DNA from: a virus
Lineage: Duplodnaviria; Caudoviricetes
Direction: 5' to 3' (one strand)
DNA length: 35,611 bases
IMG/VR virus record: IMGVR_UViG_3300042465_001705
Span: 1-35,611 of that record
This document shows, piece by piece, positions 7,486 through 17,162 of the stretch. The notes beneath the pieces are model-generated. The model was not told where the DNA came from and searched no databases. It saw only the letters and a program-made list of their open reading frames with translations. Every line of letters starts with the position of its first letter. Position 1 is the first letter of the stretch. Both the position numbers and the translations under genes were made by a program.

Positions 7486-8907
7486 ATGGCAGAAAAGCCA
7501 GATATGCAGGAGTTAGGCTCTACTGGATTACGCCGCTCAGGTGGAACAGTTTATGAGGAATTCCTTGTTAATCTCCGTGGACTTCGCGGTGCAAAAGTTT
7601 ACCGCGAGATGTCTGATAATGACCCGACCATTGGTTCAATGCTTTATGCAATTGACAAAGTTATTACCCGTCTTGAATGGCGCTTAGACCCGTTCACAGA
7701 TGATTCCGCTGATGGAGATGCAAGTCCAGAAGATAAAGAGTTAGCAGTATTTATTGAATCCTGTTTGCACGATATGTCCGATTCATGGGATGCCACACTT
7801 TCTCAAATTCTCTCAATGCTTATCTTCGGATATTCATATCACGAAATTGTTTACAAGATTCGCACAGGTCCAGATGCAAAAGACCCATCCAAGCGTTCTA
7901 AATACACCGATGGAAAAATTGGCTGGCGTAAATTGCCTATCCGCGCTCAAGAAACTTTATTTCGTTGGCAGATTGACGAAAAAGGTGGAATTCAAGCAAT
8001 GGAACAAAGCGACCCATCATCAGGTGGCAGTCACATAATTCCTATTGAAAAGGCTTTGCTCTTCCGCACAACTTCACAAAAGAATAACCCAGAAGGTCGT
8101 TCTATCCTCCGTAATGCTTATCGCCCTTGGTTCTTCAAGCGCCGTATTGAGGAAATTGAAGCAATCGGTATCGAGCGCGATTTAGCAGGACTACCAGTTG
8201 CCTATGTTCCGCCTGAATATCTTTCATCAAGTGCGACTACTGAGCAAGCAAGCGTTCTCGCCTCTATCCAGACTCTTGTTACTTCTATCAAGCGCAATGA
8301 GCAAGAAGGCGTAATTTTCCCAGTTCTATTTGACGACCAAGGCAATAAGCAATTTGACCTTCAACTTCTATCTTCAGGCGGCTCACGCCAGTTCGATACA
8401 GACAAGATTGTCCAGCGCTATGACCAGCGTATGTCCATGTCAATCCTTGCTGACTTTATTCTTCTTGGTTCAGACCGCGTTGGTTCTTATTCCCTAGGTT
8501 CATCAAAGATGGATTTATGGTCAATGGCAGTTGATTCAATTGCTAAGAACATTGCTGAGGTTATGAATCAATACGCAATTCCTCGCCTTATGAAACTTAA
8601 TGGAATGGATGCAACACGCGCTCCAATTCTTACTTACGGCGAAGTAAGCCATGTTGATTTGACCGAGGTTGCAGATTACATTTCCAAGTTGGCTACCGCT
8701 GGTGTCCTTATGCCAGACCCTAAGTTGGAAGATTACCTACGCGATTTGGCTGGACTACCACCTGCCGAGCATGATGGACAGGCTTACGGCGCTCCAGCAA
8801 TGCCAGGTGAAGAAGGCGCTCCAGCAGAATTTGATGCTCCACCATCTCTGGAAGAAGAATTGGAAATTCCAGAAGGACAGGAACCGCTAGACGGCGATTT
8901 GGAGTAG
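7486..8907 (+). CDS. phage portal protein (Mu gp29/DUF935-like)
   Basis: 473 aa; Y.EM..ND, FGYSYHEIVY, NNPEGRSILRNAY..W.FK, GS.SLG, IPRL..LNG, EDYLR...GLP; lies directly before MuF. Confidence 0.9.
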   Translation: MAEKPDMQELGSTGLRRSGGTVYEEFLVNLRGLRGAKVYREMSDNDPTIGSMLYAIDKVITRLEWRLDPFTDDSADGDASPEDKELAVFIESCLHDMSDSWDATLSQILSMLIFGYSYHEIVYKIRTGPDAKDPSKRSKYTDGKIGWRKLPIRAQETLFRWQIDEKGGIQAMEQSDPSSGGSHIIPIEKALLFRTTSQKNNPEGRSILRNAYRPWFFKRRIEEIEAIGIERDLAGLPVAYVPPEYLSSSATTEQASVLASIQTLVTSIKRNEQEGVIFPVLFDDQGNKQFDLQLLSSGGSRQFDTDKIVQRYDQRMSMSILADFILLGSDRVGSYSLGSSKMDLWSMAVDSIAKNIAEVMNQYAIPRLMKLNGMDATRAPILTYGEVSHVDLTEVADYISKLATAGVLMPDPKLEDYLRDLAGLPPAEHDGQAYGAPAMPGEEGAPAEFDAPPSLEEELEIPEGQEPLDGDLE

Positions 8908-8910
8908 AGC

Positions 8911-9921
8911 ATGGCAATTAGGTTCGGCTCTGGCTCAGATGGCTCCAGAAACCCTTTAACCGCTGAAGAAGCGGCAATGGCGCGAGTCCTCGTCAATGCA
9001 ATCCGCAATGCAACGGACAAAATCAAAGTGGATGAGTTGGCTCGGATTCTCGGGCGACTTGATGCCGATACTTTAGACCGATTACTGCGAGCAATCTCTA
9101 TCAATAGCGATGCCGCAAAGATTGAAGCGCAGTTGCTTAACATCATTGACCTAGGTGGCAAGGATGCAATCAAGGGTCTACGAGATATTGCCCCTCAGTT
9201 GGCTTTGCCAGCGTTTCTGCCTACCCAAGTTCGTATTGCCAATCCCGAAGCAATGGCAAATATGGATTTTGCAAACATTCCTAACTGGGCAAGAGTTAAT
9301 CCAGAACCAATCGCCTTTAGTCTTTCTTTCAATAGGACTAACCCTAATTCTTTAGCCTTTGCTTCTCGCAGAGCAGGGCAGTTGGTGACCAGTATTGATA
9401 ACCTCACACGCGAGGCAATCCGAAAGATAATTATTGATTCATTCAATGAGCAGATTGATGTAAGACGAACAGCAGTTCGAATCAAAAACATAATTGGTTT
9501 GCATCCGAAGTGGGCTGACGCAGTAAAGAAATTTGAAGTTCGAGAATATAACCGTTTAATTAACGCTGGCATCAAAGAGGCTAAAGCAATCGAACGCGCC
9601 CAGAAATCTGCTACCGCTTATGCAGACAGATTAAAGAGCGCTAGAGCAAAGACCATTGCCCGCACCGAAATTCAAATAGCCCAAAATGAAGGGCGCATGG
9701 AAGGTTACCGCCAAGCCGATGAAGCGGGATACATAGACCCAGCGACCATGAAAATGTGGATTACAGCCCCAGATGAGCGCACCTGCGATATTTGTGCGCC
9801 CTTGAATGGAGAAGTTGTGCCTTGGATTGGAACTTTCTCTATCGGTCTGGAGAAGCCAATAGTTCACCCTAATTGCCGTTGCACCTTCGTAATCTTGCCT
9901 CCAGATAGAGGCACTAAATGA
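8911..9921 (+). CDS. MuF/SPP1 gp7-like minor head morphogenesis protein without C-terminal toxin extension
   Basis: RAKTIARTE...W.T..DERTCDIC..LNG...HPNCRC; follows the portal. Confidence 0.9.
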   Translation: MAIRFGSGSDGSRNPLTAEEAAMARVLVNAIRNATDKIKVDELARILGRLDADTLDRLLRAISINSDAAKIEAQLLNIIDLGGKDAIKGLRDIAPQLALPAFLPTQVRIANPEAMANMDFANIPNWARVNPEPIAFSLSFNRTNPNSLAFASRRAGQLVTSIDNLTREAIRKIIIDSFNEQIDVRRTAVRIKNIIGLHPKWADAVKKFEVREYNRLINAGIKEAKAIERAQKSATAYADRLKSARAKTIARTEIQIAQNEGRMEGYRQADEAGYIDPATMKMWITAPDERTCDICAPLNGEVVPWIGTFSIGLEKPIVHPNCRCTFVILPPDRGTK

Positions 9922-11855
9922 AAGTAATCAAGTTCGCGCCTGGGCTTATCCCAGTTCTAAAACACCAAGAACATGACCAATCTACCCACGGTTCATGGGC
10001 TGAAGGTTCTCAGGGAACAACAAGCAACCTTTCAGATGATGAAATACGCGATGTTATCTATAACTCAAAGACAGTCAATGAGATGTTCCAAAAGGTCGCT
10101 AAGCGCCTAGGTAAGAGCATGAAGCCATCGGTAGACAATCTTTCTGAGGATGAAATTACCCATTACCGAGGAGTTCAAGATGTAAGCAGGGATGCCCAGC
10201 GATTACTTGACGGAAAAATTAAGTTTACAGAATTCCAAACATGGGGTCAGGGAATCTATCTTGCTGAAGATAAAGGCATTGCCTCTAACTACGGAACTTT
10301 GATAGGCATGAAACTAGATTCAAGCGCAAAGATTGTTCAAGGAGAAACAACATGGGATAGCGCCTTTGATGTCAGTTACGACAATCCGAGAGCCAGAACC
10401 CGCAATACAACAACATCAAGTTTTATAGATTTAGGAAGAATTGAGACACAGATTCGTGCTGGAAAAATGGACAACCTTTCTATCTCAGATATGCGTAATA
10501 TCTATTGGGCGGCTAAAGGCTATGACGGCTTTACTACATACGGCGAAACAGTTTTATTCAATGGCAGTAAATTAACCATTAACAAAGCGGATATTGGTAG
10601 CGCTATTCAAAAGCATCTTGCAGGTCAGCACGACCAAAAAACTCATGGTCGTTGGGCTGGTTCAGGATTGCCTCACGAACTTGAGGATGTAAAAGGCTCA
10701 ATCCAAAAGTATTTTGATTCGGGAGCAATTGTTAAAAAAGGAGAGGTGACTCGCCCAAAGCGGGATTATCAACCTAGAGAAGATGGGTCTGGTTACGACT
10801 TTGTAACAACGAGAGTTCCAGTAAGAGACAGTTTAGACCAACCTTTTATGACATTCAGAGAACCTGACTCTGATAAAGACCCCGAGGGTTACAAGATTTT
10901 CAAAGAATATGAAGCCAAAATGCTTGGTGGAAATTATGATGAAATAAAAGATGCCGCTCAACAGGAAGCCCTTGATGCTGGCATGGGTTCTCGTCAGGCT
11001 CTTTATTATGGACAGGCTATTGCATCCCGAGCATCTTTATATGTCACTATGCACAATGAGGCACTTCGTCAAGAAGCGGCAGAAATAGTTTATTCAAGAG
11101 ATGTAAGCAACTATCAAGAAGTTGGCATGAAAGAATACTTTGACCAAAGAACAAAGACAATGAAAACTCTTTCTGACAACATAAGTAAGGCTCAACCAGT
11201 TGTTGCGATTGAAACCGAAAATTTTCTTGGCGTTATCAAAGACGGAAGATTTAAGACTCAGCACGAAACAAGAGAGTCCAATGGAGCATATAAGCCAGCC
11301 CTTCGTAAAGAGGCTGAGTTAGCGATAGCAGGGGTTCCCCTTGATACCAAATCTGCCGAACGCCCTATCTATGGTTACTTGGCAGTTCAAAATGATGGAA
11401 CAACACCCAATACATCTCCGTATAACACGGACAAATGGAATGTTAATAATGCAGGTGTTGGTCAATATGGCGAAGTTCGGGTTGTCCTTAAAGATTCAGT
11501 TAAGGAGCGAACCTCTTACACAATTCCAGATTCTTTGGATAGAAACGCAATCCCACAGCCTTTAAGCAGGAACAGCAAGGCAGATTTAATCAATGCTGGG
11601 GCATATTACGACTTATCGCAGAGCCATGGGGGATACCAGCGTGAAAGTTATGCCGAGGCTCAAGTCTATGGAGGGGTTAAAATCTCGGACATAAAGGCTG
11701 TTTATGTAGTGCCATCAAGCGACTACAATTACGAAACTAATACCTATACGCCGAGAGACCATGTAGGGCAAGCAGACTCAATCCGTTCCGCGCTAACCGC
11801 TAAAGGTTTTGATATACCAGTTGAAGTTCTTCCATTACCAAAGAAAGGGGATTAA
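9918..11855 (+). CDS. two-module effector polyprotein: tag + ART-like domain; tag + DUF3626-like domain
   Basis: Tags at 9960 and 10611. Module 1: HYRG..WGQGIYLA....A.NYG..KGYDG. Module 2: GRFKTQHET..S.G, RPIYGYL, QYGEVRVVLK, RTSYT..DS, YAEAQVYGGV. Confidence 0.65.
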   Translation: MKVIKFAPGLIPVLKHQEHDQSTHGSWAEGSQGTTSNLSDDEIRDVIYNSKTVNEMFQKVAKRLGKSMKPSVDNLSEDEITHYRGVQDVSRDAQRLLDGKIKFTEFQTWGQGIYLAEDKGIASNYGTLIGMKLDSSAKIVQGETTWDSAFDVSYDNPRARTRNTTTSSFIDLGRIETQIRAGKMDNLSISDMRNIYWAAKGYDGFTTYGETVLFNGSKLTINKADIGSAIQKHLAGQHDQKTHGRWAGSGLPHELEDVKGSIQKYFDSGAIVKKGEVTRPKRDYQPREDGSGYDFVTTRVPVRDSLDQPFMTFREPDSDKDPEGYKIFKEYEAKMLGGNYDEIKDAAQQEALDAGMGSRQALYYGQAIASRASLYVTMHNEALRQEAAEIVYSRDVSNYQEVGMKEYFDQRTKTMKTLSDNISKAQPVVAIETENFLGVIKDGRFKTQHETRESNGAYKPALRKEAELAIAGVPLDTKSAERPIYGYLAVQNDGTTPNTSPYNTDKWNVNNAGVGQYGEVRVVLKDSVKERTSYTIPDSLDRNAIPQPLSRNSKADLINAGAYYDLSQSHGGYQRESYAEAQVYGGVKISDIKAVYVVPSSDYNYETNTYTPRDHVGQADSIRSALTAKGFDIPVEVLPLPKKGD

Positions 11856-12962
11856 ATGATTAAAGGTCAAATCCTCTATGCCAAAAATAGCGGCTCGGTA
11901 ATTCTCTTTGATGAAGAAAGAGATGGAGTTATGTATGCCCATGTAAGGGCTAACGGTCAAGATTACGAATCCAGAAGTCTTGCTGGAATTCTTGCTAAAG
12001 GCTATTGGAATGAAGTTTATATTTCTATGGATGTTGATGTAACCGTCAAGCATCTTGCGGGTCTACACGACCAGCGCACCCACGGTTCATGGGCAGGAGG
12101 CGGCGGCGCAGGAGTTGATATTACTGAGGCGCTTGATGAAGTATTTTTTAATAGCAAACTAGACATAAAAGAAAGTAAAATTTTTCCTGGCAATTTAAGA
12201 ATCGTTGTTCAATCCGAGATTGAACGCTCAGGATTAAATAAAGAAACAGTAGATTTAATTGATGAAATGTCTGAAGCGCAGATAGCAAGTGGGCAAGCCT
12301 ATGGAGACAATGCGCTCAAAATTATTGCCGAGCGTCAGGGATTTACAGGTAAACCTAAAACGGTTGAGAGCGTTGAGGATTTGGAAGAAATACAAAAGAC
12401 CGATGGAGGTATTTTGGTCTACCGTGGTCTTTCTAACTATTCAAAAGAAGCAATAGAGATAAGCGCTAGACACAGCAGAGCAGAAATTGATGGTGGTAAA
12501 CCCTATAAACAAATACCACAAATTATTAGAGAAACTAAAGAACTAGAGGCGGCGAAGGTTAGTTACACGGCTGAACAAGCGCTGACAGATTTTACAGAAG
12601 GCGAGTATTTTGGCGGCTGGGGAGTTTTTGGCAACGGCACCTACACGACTGTTCGCGTAGAGGAGGCTAATACTTACACACAAACTAGAGATTACGATAG
12701 TGGAAAGTTAGGCAATGGCAAAATTGCGGCGATGCTAATTCCGAGAGATGCTAAAGCACCAAGCAAAGAGGTTGTTGCAACTGTCGTAAAAAACATGGTT
12801 TATGGTGGAGAGCCAAATCATCGTAACAATGTAGGCAGGATGCTTGCCTCCATGGGCTACCAGTATTACGATGCTGGTTATGTTCAAAGTGACAAAGGCG
12901 GTATTTTTGTAGTCCTTGATAGGTCAATGCTTACAGTTGCAAAGAAAGCGAGCGGAGAATGA
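11856..12962 (+). CDS. 64-aa leader + tag + ART-like domain
   Basis: Tag at 12048; LVYRG...GVFGNGTYT...A.TY...GYQYYD resembles module 1 of the upstream gene. Confidence 0.55.
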   Translation: MIKGQILYAKNSGSVILFDEERDGVMYAHVRANGQDYESRSLAGILAKGYWNEVYISMDVDVTVKHLAGLHDQRTHGSWAGGGGAGVDITEALDEVFFNSKLDIKESKIFPGNLRIVVQSEIERSGLNKETVDLIDEMSEAQIASGQAYGDNALKIIAERQGFTGKPKTVESVEDLEEIQKTDGGILVYRGLSNYSKEAIEISARHSRAEIDGGKPYKQIPQIIRETKELEAAKVSYTAEQALTDFTEGEYFGGWGVFGNGTYTTVRVEEANTYTQTRDYDSGKLGNGKIAAMLIPRDAKAPSKEVVATVVKNMVYGGEPNHRNNVGRMLASMGYQYYDAGYVQSDKGGIFVVLDRSMLTVAKKASGE

Positions 12963-13798
12963 TGCTTACTCCAGTTCAATCACAACGCTACGCCCAATTA
13001 GTCAATAAGTTCAATGAAAAAGAATTCTATGCCTATTACGCACATCTGAGCGAAGGCGGAACAGTCGAAGATTTTTTTAGCAAGATGGAAAAACACCAAG
13101 AGCATGACCAGTCCACTCATGGTAACTGGGCTTTAAGTGAGAATTATCCAGATTTATTAACCCTAGGCACATTCGATGAAGAATCTGAATATGACCCAGC
13201 ATTGATGGTTTATAGCGAGCGCTACGGGATAGACAAAGACGGCAAAATTGTTGGAGTTGAGACTTTTGAGCATGATGCAATAGATAGTTATTCTCAAGAG
13301 GGATACAAAAATATAAACGCATACCTTCGTGAATCAAGAAGCGTGGGAGGCGAAAGTTACGCCAAATTTCTTCAACAAAAGGTTGATGGGTTAGATTCTT
13401 TGATTGATAAGGCTCCAGATATGTTTGGGGATAAAACTTTATTTAGAGTTGTAGATAACTTTGTTTTAGGACAATTAACCCCAGGAGATACTCTCCGAGA
13501 TAAAGGTTTTCTATCTACAACCAGAATAGATTTAACAAAAGATACCGATGCTCGGGATGCGCTTGGTGAAATTTATGACACACCTGATACGGTTGCTGTA
13601 ATTCTTCCAAGTCCAAGCAAAAGCGGTAAAGGGCTTGCGGTAGACCTCTATCGAACCTCTGTCAATGATACAAGTTCGGTATCAGATAGGGAAAAGGAAG
13701 TTCTATTACCCCGTAGCACAGACCTATTATTTTTAGGATACAAAAGAGGTATAGGCTCTGAAGATAAGGTTGCAGTCTTTCAAAGGGTGGATAAATGA
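12959..13798 (+). CDS. leader + tag + VIP2/C3-like ADP-ribosyltransferase
   Basis: Tag at 13091; Y....YKNINAYLR, LFR, GFLSTT, EKEVLLPR form the R-S-ExE signature. Confidence 0.85.
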   Translation: MMLTPVQSQRYAQLVNKFNEKEFYAYYAHLSEGGTVEDFFSKMEKHQEHDQSTHGNWALSENYPDLLTLGTFDEESEYDPALMVYSERYGIDKDGKIVGVETFEHDAIDSYSQEGYKNINAYLRESRSVGGESYAKFLQQKVDGLDSLIDKAPDMFGDKTLFRVVDNFVLGQLTPGDTLRDKGFLSTTRIDLTKDTDARDALGEIYDTPDTVAVILPSPSKSGKGLAVDLYRTSVNDTSSVSDREKEVLLPRSTDLLFLGYKRGIGSEDKVAVFQRVDK

Positions 13799-14541
13799 GT
13801 AAATTTAGAACCACATTTGAAGATATTGAGATTATCAAGCCTGTAAAAAAACATGGCGAGCATGACCAGAAAACCCATGGTTCTTGGGCAAATGGAACAA
13901 GTGCGCTACCTGAAGGAATAGGCTATAAAGATTCAGATGTGGTTTTTCATGCTGAGTATGGTTCAACCGAAGAACAGGGTCCTTATGTAGAGGATTACAC
14001 AATGAACGCATACGGTCCAATAAATCAATACCTCCGAACTGGCAAATTTCAAGAAGATAATGAGTCGGGTCTCAAACAATCAGATGTTGCAGAATATAGA
14101 AGCGCTTTGGATTATGTGATAGGTCGCACAGAAGCGCCTAGAGATATGCTCCTTTATAGAGGAACAAGTGGAGTTGATAAATTCGATACTCTTAAAGTAG
14201 GCGATGTATTCAAAGATAAGGGTTATGTCTCCACGACAACCAAGCCTGACCAATTATGGGATTTTATGTCTACCGCCACAGGTGGCAATTATGACAGTAG
14301 ACCAGTAGAAAAAGGTTATGTTCTGCAAATAAATGTTCCCAAGGGCAATAATGTTCTATCTGTAAACCGCTACTTTAAGGGCATAAGTGAGAGATACGGT
14401 CCTACCGAGGGAATCCGTGAGGAGAATGAACATATACTTCCAAGAGGCACAAAATTTAGAGTGGATAGCATTAGTTCCGTTGATGTAAGAGGCGGAATCC
14501 AAGATAAGTTGATTAAGGTGACGGTGGTAAACGATGGCTAG
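13795..14541 (+). CDS. leader + tag + VIP2/C3-like ADP-ribosyltransferase
   Basis: Tag at 13849; YT...Y..INQYLR, LLYRG, DKGYVSTT, ENEHILPRGTKFRV. Confidence 0.88.
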   Translation: MSKFRTTFEDIEIIKPVKKHGEHDQKTHGSWANGTSALPEGIGYKDSDVVFHAEYGSTEEQGPYVEDYTMNAYGPINQYLRTGKFQEDNESGLKQSDVAEYRSALDYVIGRTEAPRDMLLYRGTSGVDKFDTLKVGDVFKDKGYVSTTTKPDQLWDFMSTATGGNYDSRPVEKGYVLQINVPKGNNVLSVNRYFKGISERYGPTEGIREENEHILPRGTKFRVDSISSVDVRGGIQDKLIKVTVVNDG

Positions 14542-17161
14542 TAAATATGTTTACACCGACCCAGATGAAATTGAGATTGTTGTATCTAAACACGGCACCC
14601 ACGACCAAAAGACGCATGGAAACTGGGCTACGGGCGGCACTCTTTACACGGGCATTATTGACCGCTTAAGCCGTAAAGATATAACTGGATTCAGTCTGGA
14701 TATTTCCAGCCGTAGCGAACCTACTAGCGGGTATATGTGTTCTAAATCTGGGGCTGAGCAGACAGTTGCCTATGAGGATTTCTTCTCAAGCCGTGATAAG
14801 AGCCGAGAGTTTCTCTTGGATTACATGGAGAAGAACGCAGATGCGCTCAGCGAGCGCGGAGCCTATTTTGGTATATGGGTTGTAAAAGACCAAGGAACCG
14901 TGTATCTTGATGTCTCACGCCGTTATGACACCAGAGGCGAAGCAGTTCGCGCTGGATTCGATAATGAACAGCAATCTGTTTATGACATTGAAAAAGACGA
15001 CTATATCTATATGAAAGATGAGGAAGATGACCGAACAAGAAAAGCCGTTATTGATGGAAGTTCCAATCCCCGTCAATCAAATGACTCCAGAGCAGAAGCG
15101 AGCCTTCGCGGAAGAGATTCTCAACGCAATCGAGAAGAATCGCCCCATGTCTGCCTCGGAAGATACCAAGGCGTAAAAAAACACCTAGAGGGTCAGCATG
15201 ACCAAGCCACACATGGCAGTTGGGCATCTGGTCGCTTTGGTCCAGATTCAGTAAAGTCAGCAAGAGATGGCGCAAAAGAATATGCCTTCAAAGCGGGAAT
15301 CGAGCAAGATGATTCTATTGACTATCAAAAAACAGTTGCTAATAGAGCGAGAGCGGCGCGTATTGCCGATGCTTATGATGAGTTGCCTACGGTTCAAGAA
15401 GAAGCCTTCCCTGCCTACACAGCCCTTGCAACAGAGGTAGAAGCACAGTTCGATTACATGACAAAGACCATGGGCGTTAAGGTCGAGTTCGTAGATGCAG
15501 ACCCATATAAGACTTCCCGAGAAATGTTTGCCGATGTAAGCAAAGGCATCTTAAAGGTTTTGAAAACAGCCTCTACTGGCTCTCACCCATTCTTCACGGA
15601 TGAGCAAAACGACAAGTTTCGAGCAGTTCACGATTTCTTTGGACACGCGGCAACAGGTCGAGGTTTTGGTCAAGATGGAGAAGAGTCCGCTTGGGTTCAT
15701 CATTCACAGATGTTTACAGAAACCGCTCGCGGTGCGCTCACCACAGAAACCCGTGGGCAAAACTCTTTTTACAACACACGCAATCAGGGATTCGCTGAGC
15801 AGAAAGTAGCACTTCTGCCTAAAGAGTTCTGGGAAGTTCCAAAGACATTTGAAAAGCAATACAGAGTAATTAAATTCCAAGCAGGGCTTACCCCTGTTCT
15901 AAAGCATCAAGAACATGACCAGCGAACACACGGTTCATGGGCTAACGGATATACAGCCGAAGAAACTGCTCGCATGGATGAGTTGCAAAACTATGGACCA
16001 GCACTAGAAGATTTAGATGAAATCATAAACAGTATGAAAAACCCTAATCCTGGAATGGATGATTTCAGAAGAATTATTGAAAATAACGCAAATAAATACG
16101 ATGCCGCTACCGAGGGTATTGAGGAGCGGGTAGCAGAACGCCTTGCAAACTTACAAGCAGAGTTTCCAAATCACGAATATACAGAGCAAGAAAAAGCAAC
16201 AATTTATGACGATGTGCAAACCGAAATGATTGATGAATACATAGATGATAACTCCGATGACTTACACGCCGAATATGCGGCAAGCATAGGAACGGGCGAT
16301 ATAGAAACCTTAACTTACCAAGCACAGGCTTTCTTTGAGGACATCTACAACACAGACCACAAAGTATTAGATTCTAATGACCAATATGTCACAACCCTCA
16401 AATCAGAAATTCTCTCCGTAGATGCCACCACTAATGATATTGCTGGTGAATACAGACCAACAATTGAATTAAGGGGTCAAGTTACCGATGATAATGGTAA
16501 TTTTGCTGGAGAGTTCCAACGAATCTTCTACAAGCAAGACGGTGTATGGATGGTGGAACACGCACTATTTAAGATGGAAGATGATTACAAAGGGCTTGGA
16601 TTTGGTAAGCAGTTCATCCAGCGCCAAGAGGATTGGTATGCCCAGCGCGGGTTTGGGGCAATAACAGTATCTACTGGATGGGATGGCGCTCGCGTTTGGG
16701 CGCGTTCAGAGTTCGACTGGGATACAAGAAGCGTTCATAGAGATATTAGTGAAATCGTTCGTATGACAAATTATTCAACAGATTTTGATGAAGGGTCTCC
16801 TGCAAAAATCCAATTAGATGCTCTCATGGAAAGGGCTACAAATGGATACAACCCTCAAACAAAAACTTTTGATTCACTCAAAGATATTAAAAATGATGAT
16901 TTCCCGTTGCCGAACGATTTTGCAATGCTTGGATATGGTGGCAAAAAATCTAGCACTTATATCTCGCCAATTACAGAAGAAGAAAAGGTTGAATACAGTT
17001 GGGCTGGGCAGAGGCTATTGCAGAATATGAATTTACATTACACAAAGGTTCTTACAGCCGAGGGTCGCAACCTCTTCGATGGTCCAATTGACCGAGATGG
17101 CGATGGGTTAGTTTATGACGGCACCAGTAGAGAAAAGCCAGCAAGTGCGGTAAACTCATAA
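14534..17161 (+). CDS. three-module effector polyprotein: unknown domain; FRAVHD..GH/ETRGQNS domain; GNAT-like acetyltransferase
   Basis: Tags at 14588, 15179 and 15902. Module 3 has F.MEDDYKGLGFG (GNAT motif A-like) and G..VWAR..FDW; C-terminal DRDGDG. Confidence 0.7.
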   Translation: MASKYVYTDPDEIEIVVSKHGTHDQKTHGNWATGGTLYTGIIDRLSRKDITGFSLDISSRSEPTSGYMCSKSGAEQTVAYEDFFSSRDKSREFLLDYMEKNADALSERGAYFGIWVVKDQGTVYLDVSRRYDTRGEAVRAGFDNEQQSVYDIEKDDYIYMKDEEDDRTRKAVIDGSSNPRQSNDSRAEASLRGRDSQRNREESPHVCLGRYQGVKKHLEGQHDQATHGSWASGRFGPDSVKSARDGAKEYAFKAGIEQDDSIDYQKTVANRARAARIADAYDELPTVQEEAFPAYTALATEVEAQFDYMTKTMGVKVEFVDADPYKTSREMFADVSKGILKVLKTASTGSHPFFTDEQNDKFRAVHDFFGHAATGRGFGQDGEESAWVHHSQMFTETARGALTTETRGQNSFYNTRNQGFAEQKVALLPKEFWEVPKTFEKQYRVIKFQAGLTPVLKHQEHDQRTHGSWANGYTAEETARMDELQNYGPALEDLDEIINSMKNPNPGMDDFRRIIENNANKYDAATEGIEERVAERLANLQAEFPNHEYTEQEKATIYDDVQTEMIDEYIDDNSDDLHAEYAASIGTGDIETLTYQAQAFFEDIYNTDHKVLDSNDQYVTTLKSEILSVDATTNDIAGEYRPTIELRGQVTDDNGNFAGEFQRIFYKQDGVWMVEHALFKMEDDYKGLGFGKQFIQRQEDWYAQRGFGAITVSTGWDGARVWARSEFDWDTRSVHRDISEIVRMTNYSTDFDEGSPAKIQLDALMERATNGYNPQTKTFDSLKDIKNDDFPLPNDFAMLGYGGKKSSTYISPITEEEKVEYSWAGQRLLQNMNLHYTKVLTAEGRNLFDGPIDRDGDGLVYDGTSREKPASAVNS
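15027..15176 (+). CDS. nested out-of-frame small ORF (49 aa), candidate immunity protein
   Basis: +1 frame inside 14534..17161: MTEQEKPLLMEVPIPVNQMTPEQKRAFAEEILNAIEKNRPMSASEDTKA; spans the linker between modules 1 and 2 and ends 2 nt before tag 7. Confidence 0.5.
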   Translation: MTEQEKPLLMEVPIPVNQMTPEQKRAFAEEILNAIEKNRPMSASEDTKA

Positions 17162-17162
17162 T

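Noticed and set aside
8911-9921. MuF as a classical MuF-toxin fusion via readthrough or frameshift into 9918
   Set aside because: MuF ends shortly after HPNCRC; the junction is an ordinary ATGA overlap with a GAGG RBS and no slippery heptamer.
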